Shown: positions 28,929 through 35,664 of the stretch, in pieces
How positions within the stretch are numbered: the first letter of the stretch is position 1
Layout: every line of letters begins with the position of its first letter
Source of the DNA: Alkalihalobacillus trypoxylicola
Lineage (GTDB): Bacteria; Bacillota; Bacilli; Bacillales; Bacillaceae_D
Assembly: GCF_001590785.1 (NCBI RefSeq)
Contig: NZ_LTAO01000004.1
Span: 9,216 to 49,215, forward strand
DNA length: 40,000 bases
Reading direction: 5' to 3'
The notes under the pieces: model-generated
Database searches by the model: none
The model's input: the letters and a program-made list of their open reading frames with translations, nothing else
What the model was told of the DNA's origin: nothing
Program-made: the position numbers and the translations under genes

Positions 28929-29431
28929 TTTATTTCGTTTTTAGAAACCCAATGGACTAATTTTTTTTCTAAATTACTTGCAAACATCTTTCTAAACATG
29001 GACAACGAGATATCCCAATAATTAAGACCATCCATCCATTTAACTGTAAACATTAGACCCAAATTTGACTCGGGAAAGTATTGAAAACTATCACCTTTTT
29101 GTATACCTGGTATCCAAATTTGTTTAACTAAATTTTTAGAATCCTGATAAAAATATCCATCATTTATATGTTGAGCGTACTCTACATCAGTTCCAATTTC
29201 TAAAGTTAATCCACCTTCTCTTGAAATCCAAACATTTTCACTATGACCACGCTCAAAGGCATTTAATAAAAGGTTCATATCAGTTATCTCAGTTAGACGA
29301 ATTTCATCCTCTACAACATCTAAAAAATCCAGCCCAATTTCTTCTAGCCATAATTTCATTTCATTTTTTAAATGACCGTTAGCTGCTCTATTTAAAGATT
29401 TCATAAATTTTTGTAACCCATCAATTTTCAT
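28925..29431 (-). CDS. HK97 gp10-family head-tail joining / tail completion protein (XkdI-like)
   Basis: 168 aa and first gene of the cluster. RBS AAGGAGAG. Family assignment is from memory of gp10-like patterns. Confidence 0.5.
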   Translation of the reverse strand: MKIDGLQKFMKSLNRAANGHLKNEMKLWLEEIGLDFLDVVEDEIRLTEITDMNLLLNAFERGHSENVWISREGGLTLEIGTDVEYAQHINDGYFYQDSKNLVKQIWIPGIQKGDSFQYFPESNLGLMFTVKWMDGLNYWDISLSMFRKMFASNLEKKLVHWVSKNEIK

Positions 29432-29780
29432 TTATTTCATCTCTCCTTACTTTATTGAGAAAATAGAAAGAAATTAATGCTAGATGCTGAAATAACTTAG
29501 GATTTGTTTTATAAAGAAATATCAAGACTATTAGAATTTATTTAACCATTTAAATCAATCCCTTTCTATTTCCATTTTTAAATTGAAATATTTAGCTAAA
29601 GTATTTCTTATATATAGGTGGCATTCGTACTACAAAAGTATAAAATTTTATATTAATTTGCGACCCAACCTATAAATTTTGTAGTGTTATTTGAAGGGAA
29701 TTATCTATAATAACCTTATGATACTGGCCTTTTTTTGAAAAAAGTATTTAATATTTAACTTTGAGTATGTTCTATATGAG

Positions 29781-30053
29781 ATGTTTATCCCGCATAGTGC
29801 TAACTTACGGCTAATTGAACCAATTTGCGAGAAAATAGGATTTTAAATGGAAAAGATTCTATATAGCTTAGAAAACTTTGGGAATACTTCAGCAGCAACA
29901 GTCCCCTTAGCACTTGACCTTGGGATTCGAGATGGAAGAGTTAAAAATGGTGACCGAGTTTTGATGTACGGTTTTGGTTCTGGTTTAGTACAAACTGGTC
30001 AATTGTTGGAATTACATTTGGACGATCAAATCAATGAACCAAATCCATTTTAG
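29781..30053 (+). pseudogene. 3' fragment of a beta-ketoacyl-ACP synthase III (FabH-like) gene with an in-frame stop
   Basis: The in-frame translation is MFIPHSANLRLIEPICEKIGF*MEKILYSLENFGNTSAATVPLALD...GFGSGL. This matches the FabH C-terminal block (FIPHQAN...GNTSAASIPLAL...GFGGG). The roughly 250 N-terminal codons are absent, and a TAA lies at 29844-29846. Confidence 0.75.
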
Positions 30054-30071
30054 CGGATACTTATTTACTAC

Positions 30072-30104
30072 AAAAAACCACTCTGCTGTAGAAGAGCAGA
30101 GTGG
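30072..30104 (-). terminator. Rho-independent terminator of the PAP2 gene (copy 1 of a conserved hairpin)
   Basis: Minus strand CCACTCTGC-loop-GCAGAGTGG followed by TTTTTT. Confidence 0.75.
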
Positions 30105-30163
30105 CATAGACTTAACAAGTAATTAAATATATATTTCTAACCATAAATTAAAAACAGTTACGA

Positions 30164-33163
30164 TTATGCTCTTCTTCTTTTCATAAAGAGAAAAAACACG
30201 CCACTTAACAAGAGTACAAACCCTACTAATAAATATTGATAGACGGTCGTAGCCGTTTCCGGTAGTTTTTGTCCGTCGTTCGCAACAGGCTGTTTCTCTT
30301 CTGCTTCCTTTTCAAAAACGGTATAGGTACTAAAGTGGTCGGTTTGTGCCGTCACTTTTCCTTTCTGCCATTCTCCGCCGATTGCTTCCCATTCTTCGAT
30401 TTCAGGATTCAAATAGAACAGTTGCACCTGAGATTCATCATTCACTTTGTCACTATCTACAGAAAAGGTTAGCGTCACTTTTTCATCGAAGGTATTTAAT
30501 TCTTCCTTACCCTGTCTTATTTCAAAGTCATAAACTACACTTAAAGCTTGTTCAATATCATCCAATCGTTCTAGCTTGAAGGTTGCATCCTCGGATACAT
30601 CTGTGAAATTGGAGGCAGCGATTTGCAAGCTGACATTTTTCAATTGAATGAAAATTGTTATATGATGCTCTTTCAACCATTTTATTTGTTCAGAAGTAAG
30701 CACTAAATTTACAGAATCATTGTGTTCGTGCAAATCAATCCGTAATTCCCCCTGATCAGCTAACTGATTAATATCATCTGTTGAGATCGTTGCCTCTCCA
30801 TTAATAATCTCAGGCGTTAATGTCACGCTAGGTTGTTTCTTTGTGTCTTTTGAATCGTCTGGATTCTCAGGTTTTTCTGGAACTTCAGGGTTTTCTGGGT
30901 TCTCCGGGTTCTCTGGATTCTCTGGGTTCTCTGGGTTCTCCGGATTCTCTGGGTTCTCCGGATTCTCTGGACCCGGTGTTACTGGCTCAGAATGATCCGT
31001 TGTAACGATATGAGCTACTACACTATTTTCATCATAATTAACTGTTACCTCGTAATCATCTGCTGTTACATGGTCGAATGCACCATGCACCTTGTCAGCC
31101 GTCATTAATGTAATCGTTGTATCTTTGTCTATTTCATAATCAGAAAGGTCCAGATTCAGTTCCCCACCATCAAGGTATACTAGTCCATCTACCTTAAGTT
31201 GAGTACTGTCGTTATTGACTACAATATTTAAGCTACCTGCATCCATTGTTACATGACCGCCAATATTTAGAGAACCATCTACATTTACTAAAACTGCACC
31301 ATTCTCCACATAAAGATCACCTTCACCAAACGCAGTTGCAGAAGTAGCCTCTAGCGTTCCTTCTTGTAGTAATGTACCACCTGTATAGCTATTATTTCCT
31401 GTCAATGTAAGGGTACCTGTCCCTTGTTTAGTAAGCATACCATTACCTGTGATGTTATTTCTCCACCAATCATGAGCATTAAATCTTCCTTTTGAAGCAT
31501 CCATATTCACTGTTACATTGCTTAAAAACGCACCATATCCATCAGATGCTGTGACCAAATCAATTCTTCCCCAACCATTTGATTCGTCTATAACAGGATA
31601 TCCAGATTCAATTTCTGTCGTATATAATACTCCTCTTCGCTGTTCATCAGTCAAATAAGGCTGACGAGTTTTCAATAATACTTCAGCACCTTTAGGGACT
31701 ACAGGGTCTAACCCCTTTACACCTGTTTGAGGTAATCCGTAGGTAAGCTTTTCTCGATAGAATGCTTTATTTGCTTCATGATCTTCCCATTCTTGTTCAT
31801 CATATGCACTTTCAAATGTATACTCCTCTGTTACTGTATGTGCATATTCATATAAGCTCATTCCTTTTGAATCAGCTACTTCACCAAATACTTCGCCAGT
31901 ATTTTGATAAGCTTTATCCAATACCACTTGGTTTGCTGGTAGATTGTAAGCATATGCAGTCATCGCAGTTGATTGTATTCTTCCTCCGATAATATCGAGT
32001 GGTGAGTGCATGCCCGTTACGACTCTATTTTCTCCCATTTGAGCTGCTCTTGTTAAAAATTCAGCATATCTTTCAGGTGTTGCATAGGCGAATCCAAATG
32101 TTGATAAATAAGCGGCACTCGTATGTCCACTTGGAAAAGCACCGTCTTTTCCTCTACCGTCTTCCGCTATTCTTTTCACATATTCTAATGCAGGCATGAC
32201 TACCACATTGGTTTCATATTGCTGGTAATGTTTTTCTCCGGTTACTTTTTTACCACCTGAAGGTAATCCTTCTGATATAATTTCACCACTGCCGATCGTG
32301 TCCCAAACAGGTAAACCGTTCTCATCAACTACTTCTATTACCTCACCATTTGAATTCATTCTATAAGGTCTTGGAGATGAGTAAAAATATTTAGCCGGAT
32401 TTGATGAAGAAGGGTTTCTAAATCTAATTAAATCAACTAAATCTAACGCATCCTCTAGTTTCGTTCCCTGCCATTGGCCCATTCCTTGGCGCTCATCCTC
32501 AACAGTCTCTTCTTCCAATAGTACATTCATTTCCTCTTTTGTTCGGATGACATTTGTAACTGGGTTAACAATTTTTACATAGGTATTAGCCAAAGGCCCA
32601 TAAGCATCCATCATACTATATACCTTATCTCTTTGATCGTCATAATAGGCTGCTAGCGCCTCTTCATCCGTTCTATTTTTAGTAACATCCTCTACATATT
32701 TAATATTAGCTCTCCAAGTCTCTGGATCTCTAATTTCTACATTAGCGTATGTTCGTTTATCCGCTACTACCTTCGTCTTATCATTTTTATATCCATCGAA
32801 ATAAACCGTAGGCCCGTCACCATAATTAGCAACGCTACCATTTGCACCTGGTACTCTTAAGGCTGTTCCGTCTCTCCAGTCTGGTTGATTCATCGACCAG
32901 ACTTGATCAAAACCATCTAGAATACTGATAAATGGATTCGTCTCAGCTAGATTTTTTAATATTGCATCATTAGCATTTCCGCCATTATCCACTGCAGGAA
33001 GGGGTTGCTGAACCTCTGGAGGATCTGTATTTAACTTTTCAGTCGTCCCTTCTGGCTTTGAAGGCTTTTGAGTTTGATCAGCTCCCTGTACAGGAAGCTC
33101 GAAATTCCCCATAATTAATAAAGCAAGTAGTAGTATGATCGATATTTTTTTCATGAATCTCAT
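30164..33163 (-). CDS. Secreted, cell-wall-anchored PAP2-superfamily phosphatase with beta-strand repeat region and PEN linker
   Basis: Signal peptide. Complete PAP2 signature: KYFYSSPRP (KX6RP), PSGHTS, NRVVTGMHSPLD (RX5HX3D). GTGTLTLTGNNSYTGGTLLQEGTL is an autotransporter-associated-type beta repeat. The C-terminus has LPETA, a hydrophobic stretch and KRRRA, forming a sorting signal. Confidence 0.8.
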   Translation of the reverse strand: MRFMKKISIILLLALLIMGNFELPVQGADQTQKPSKPEGTTEKLNTDPPEVQQPLPAVDNGGNANDAILKNLAETNPFISILDGFDQVWSMNQPDWRDGTALRVPGANGSVANYGDGPTVYFDGYKNDKTKVVADKRTYANVEIRDPETWRANIKYVEDVTKNRTDEEALAAYYDDQRDKVYSMMDAYGPLANTYVKIVNPVTNVIRTKEEMNVLLEEETVEDERQGMGQWQGTKLEDALDLVDLIRFRNPSSSNPAKYFYSSPRPYRMNSNGEVIEVVDENGLPVWDTIGSGEIISEGLPSGGKKVTGEKHYQQYETNVVVMPALEYVKRIAEDGRGKDGAFPSGHTSAAYLSTFGFAYATPERYAEFLTRAAQMGENRVVTGMHSPLDIIGGRIQSTAMTAYAYNLPANQVVLDKAYQNTGEVFGEVADSKGMSLYEYAHTVTEEYTFESAYDEQEWEDHEANKAFYREKLTYGLPQTGVKGLDPVVPKGAEVLLKTRQPYLTDEQRRGVLYTTEIESGYPVIDESNGWGRIDLVTASDGYGAFLSNVTVNMDASKGRFNAHDWWRNNITGNGMLTKQGTGTLTLTGNNSYTGGTLLQEGTLEATSATAFGEGDLYVENGAVLVNVDGSLNIGGHVTMDAGSLNIVVNNDSTQLKVDGLVYLDGGELNLDLSDYEIDKDTTITLMTADKVHGAFDHVTADDYEVTVNYDENSVVAHIVTTDHSEPVTPGPENPENPENPENPENPENPENPENPENPEVPEKPENPDDSKDTKKQPSVTLTPEIINGEATISTDDINQLADQGELRIDLHEHNDSVNLVLTSEQIKWLKEHHITIFIQLKNVSLQIAASNFTDVSEDATFKLERLDDIEQALSVVYDFEIRQGKEELNTFDEKVTLTFSVDSDKVNDESQVQLFYLNPEIEEWEAIGGEWQKGKVTAQTDHFSTYTVFEKEAEEKQPVANDGQKLPETATTVYQYLLVGFVLLLSGVFFLFMKRRRA
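30860..30970 (-). repeat. Coding 9-bp tandem repeat (Pro-Glu-Asn x9 plus PEV/PEK/PEN variants)
   Basis: GGGTTCTCN / GGATTCTCT units are visible on the plus strand. They translate to PENPENPEN... inside the PAP2 protein. Confidence 0.9.
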
Positions 33164-33418
33164 ACTTGTTCATTTCTCCTTTTCTGCTGTATATTTTCAA
33201 ATCACTTAACCTAACTGATTACTGTAGTCCAAATGTTCCACCACTTACATTTCATTTGTTTTTTACAGCGGCTATACATTTATGTATTGAAAAATCCACT
33301 GTGAGAAACACCGCTCTGTTGATAGGCCCGTCCCTCTAATTCTAGAAAATCGATCCTTCTCAAACACTGATAAGCAGCCGGGGTGGTTAAAACATTAGCT
33401 GTAATCATACACTCATTC

Positions 33419-33472
33419 ATTTTAAGGATTGTATGTTAAATGATTGTAGGGAAAGTGTAAAAATTATGTAAT
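33419..33472 (-). promoter_or_regulatory. PhoP-box-like array (11-bp periodic TT(A/T/C)ACA-like hexamers) plus a TAAAAT -10 element upstream of the PAP2 gene
   Basis: Minus-strand hexamers are ATTACA (33472-33467), TTTACA (33461-33456), CCTACA (33450-33445) and TTAACA (33439-33434), with TAAAAT at 33424-33419. Confidence 0.45.
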
Positions 33473-33514
33473 TATATGTAGAAGAGATGAAACATATCGC
33501 GAAAATTGAACAAG

Positions 33515-33546
33515 AAAAACCTCCCTGCTTCATAAGAGCAAAGAGG
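33515..33546 (-). terminator. Rho-independent terminator downstream of the 462-aa gene
   Basis: Minus strand CCUCUUUGC-loop-GCAGGGAGG followed by UUUUU. The two non-Watson-Crick pairs are G-U only on the minus strand. Confidence 0.6.
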
Positions 33547-33644
33547 TAATCCTTTGATATATGTATTGAGAATTTTTAAATAAAACTTGTACTTCTTATA
33601 CAGTCATATTTTAATATGATCTTGCATTACAAAAAAACCTCTTG

Positions 33645-35033
33645 TTAAACATTCTCGTAATTTTGAGAATAACTACTAACCTGTTTCTCTTTACAATACT
33701 TACATTGGTGGATCATTTCATATGTTTTTCTTTTTCCAGGTATGTATTGCTCAGTCGTTCCTATCACTTCGCCGTTCAAATTTTTTTGCTTTAATTCCTT
33801 CTTTATTGAGATATCAGCAACGTTAATTAAATGGTTTTTTACTTTTTTCATGGCAAAAAGCTTATGACAAGATGTACATCTCCCCAATTTATCTAAAATC
33901 ATATCAAATAATACTGTTGAAATTTTGATTAATACAAATAAAATAACAAATGCAAAAAGGAAAAATATTAATATTGAGGTTGTATAATTCTGAATGATTT
34001 CCGTTCCCACAGCCAAAATCCCATACTGTTCTATCGCATTCTTTATTATTATCCCTTCTAATTCGGCAAATTCAAAAAGTAATAGAATGGATATTACAAA
34101 AGAAACCATCACTATTAGAGACCATCCTATTACTTTTATAGGGAATTTCCTTATTTTCCTTTTAGACTGATTCGATTCCCTTGTCGCTTCAGTGTCATGC
34201 AGGTCTAGCTTATTCTTTAAGGCGTTTACTAGCCTATTAGATCGTTGCATAATGAGCTTATTTACATTTATTAAATATTCATTCAATTCATCATTATGAT
34301 CAGGTAAAAAAGATTCAGGTTTATCTAGGGACATTTTATTTTGAGCAAGTAAAGGTTTATGTTTCTTCAGTAAGGGTTTAATACTATAATTATCATCCAT
34401 ATTAACAAAGTCTTGTAAATAAAATATTTCAATATATTCTTTAAATGTCTGGGGGTCTACATTTTCCTTTATCATTTTTAAAGACAAATCAAAAAAATCA
34501 TAGACAAAATATTTATTAGTTTCGTTACCTCTAAACCCTCTATATTGATTAAATGATTTCTTATCATTTTCAAAATCGATTTTAAAAGGTACAAGTGTTA
34601 AATTTCCAATCGTATGAGTCAATGTAGCGAATTTTTGTAAATGCTTATTTTGTTTAACTGATGATTTATTATCCGAATTTATCTTTATAGCTTGTCTATA
34701 TATAGTAGAAAACGAATTCATCGTATCGCTTCCTAACCTATCCCAATCATTATTAAATTTAGTGTAAAGTTCAGATGGTAAATTCATTCTATTTCTAAAA
34801 GACCACCCCCATAACTCCTTGTAAATACTGTCTACAAAATCACAAGTACCATTAGAGTTATCACAATCAAAACTTAAAGATGTATTTCTATTACAGTCCT
34901 TATACTTTTGTATCTTTTGAATAGGAGCTTTTTCAGCATTCACTTCATCCCATGGAGATTCGTTTTTAATATCATAATTCACTAAATCTTCTATCGGGTT
35001 TTGCTCCAAAAATCTATTTAAACTTTTAAACAT
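33645..35033 (-). CDS. Hypothetical membrane-anchored protein: ~300-aa soluble N-domain, 2 TM helices, C-terminal CxxC...CxxC zinc ribbon
   Basis: ATG at 35033 with GAGGTG upstream; the longest ORF starts at a TTG at 35045. TM segments are IKVIGWSLIVMVSFVISILLLF and SILIFFLFAFVILFVLIKISTVLF. The ribbon is CTSC...(about 54 aa)...CKYC. Confidence 0.7.
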   Translation of the reverse strand: MFKSLNRFLEQNPIEDLVNYDIKNESPWDEVNAEKAPIQKIQKYKDCNRNTSLSFDCDNSNGTCDFVDSIYKELWGWSFRNRMNLPSELYTKFNNDWDRLGSDTMNSFSTIYRQAIKINSDNKSSVKQNKHLQKFATLTHTIGNLTLVPFKIDFENDKKSFNQYRGFRGNETNKYFVYDFFDLSLKMIKENVDPQTFKEYIEIFYLQDFVNMDDNYSIKPLLKKHKPLLAQNKMSLDKPESFLPDHNDELNEYLINVNKLIMQRSNRLVNALKNKLDLHDTEATRESNQSKRKIRKFPIKVIGWSLIVMVSFVISILLLFEFAELEGIIIKNAIEQYGILAVGTEIIQNYTTSILIFFLFAFVILFVLIKISTVLFDMILDKLGRCTSCHKLFAMKKVKNHLINVADISIKKELKQKNLNGEVIGTTEQYIPGKRKTYEMIHQCKYCKEKQVSSYSQNYENV

Positions 35034-35067
35034 AGAACACCTCAAACTGCTATTATTTATAAAAAAC

Positions 35068-35263
35068 GAATCAATTTCATCATTCCTATCTTTTAATGAA
35101 AACCAAACGATTAGGTTTTGATTTTCACTTTAGGTAGATGCTTTCCCAAGGGCTTGTCTTCAGCTAACTCTGACTACGCAAAGCTTCGTCAGAGCGGATC
35201 TTCACACTGCGCTTTTTCCTTTGGGAGTCACTACCTACCGTTACAATCATCGAATAAATTCAC
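35068..35263. repeat. Copy A of a ~195-bp conserved structured non-coding element (candidate cis-regulatory leader / sRNA / MITE)
   Basis: About 87% identical, by manual alignment, to 38407-38601. Nested helices are TAGGTAG 35131-37 / CTACCTA 35231-37, CCCAAGGG 35145-52 / CCTTTGGG 35218-25, CTCTGAC 35168-74 / GTCAGAG 35188-94 and AAAACC 35099-104 / GGTTTT 35114-19. No conserved ORF. Confidence 0.7.
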
Positions 35264-35580
35264 TCAAATGAATATTTATTATTCGTTTACTTAAATGGTT
35301 CCTCGCTAGTGTAGGCTGGTAGAAGCTTTTTAATAATAGATTCTATTCTACTTCATCGGAATTTAGGAGGATTGAAAAGGAAGAACTTAGGATTCATTAA
35401 ATCATTATATAGTAACTTTCCATAATAAAAATCCTTTTTTTTAAAAACTCTCTAGTTTCTTCTCTCTTTTTGATTATATTCATCCTAAGTTGACTTTCTA
35501 GAAGACACTCAAATTTTATTATTCAAAATATAGATATTGCCTGTGTGTCCAACCGATTTATCACCTTTTGGAATTTATGC

Positions 35581-35609
35581 AAAAAAAAGCACCAGCAAGA
35601 TGCTGATGC
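35581..35609 (-). terminator. Rho-independent terminator of the lipoprotein operon
   Basis: Minus strand GCAUCAGC-loop-GCUGGUGC (one G-U pair, on this strand only) followed by an 8-nt U-run. Confidence 0.75.
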
Positions 35610-35664
35610 TTTGAGCTTGTTAATTTCTTATCGTTTTACCAAATTTTAAATTGAAAACAGACAT

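Larger units (their letters stand above)
12797..29431 (-). mobile_element. PBSX-like defective prophage segment: contractile-tail morphogenesis module plus lysis cassette, with no head, packaging, integration or regulatory genes
   Basis: 21 co-oriented, overlapping ORFs follow the PBSX xkdI/J-K-M-N-O-P-Q-R-S-T-U-V-W-X then xhlA-xhlB-xlyA order. Confidence 0.85.

Noticed and set aside
30860-30970. Tandem 9-bp repeat considered as a CRISPR-like or satellite array.
   Set aside because: It is in frame inside a long ORF, encodes PEN repeats and has no spacers.
33280-33408. 42-codon minus-strand ORF (MITANVLTTPAAYQCLRRIDFLELEGRAYQQSGVSHSGFFNT) in the GC-richer patch upstream of the PAP2 gene.
   Set aside because: There is no convincing RBS and I recognise no family. 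It may be a gene remnant or part of a long 5' UTR, so I did not call it a CDS.
35091-35135. Short ORF inside the element: MKTKRLGFDFHFR in copy A and VKTERVGFNFHFR in copy B (plus strand).
   Set aside because: There is no RBS and the start codons differ (ATG versus GTG). The differences between copies are mostly non-synonymous, and the ORF coincides with the AAAACC/GGTTTT hairpin. A minus-strand 28-codon ORF in copy A is closed in copy B.
35127-35245. Possible identity of the conserved element with known riboswitch classes. On the plus strand it contains UUUAGGUAG and UCAGCUAAC(U)C, which I remember from the ydaO-yuaA (c-di-AMP) class. It also contains ACGCAAAGC, and on the opposite strand CGGUAGGUAG, both remembered from c-di-GMP-I.
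   Set aside because: Only isolated 9-10-mers match. The c-di-GMP-like words lie on opposite strands. The other hallmark segments (GGGGA/ACCC pairs and the pseudo-two-fold layout for ydaO; the GGCAAACC tetraloop/receptor layout for GEMM) are not evident. In the plus orientation there is no downstream gene. An Rfam cmscan is needed before any such call.
35366-35384. Shared 13-mer AGGAGGATTGAAA at 35371-35383 and 39244-39256, with possible tiny ORFs of 12-17 codons.
   Set aside because: The start-codon spacing is wrong in one copy, the peptides are not conserved, and the flanking similarity is weak. It may merit a genome-wide count but is not supportable as a feature.
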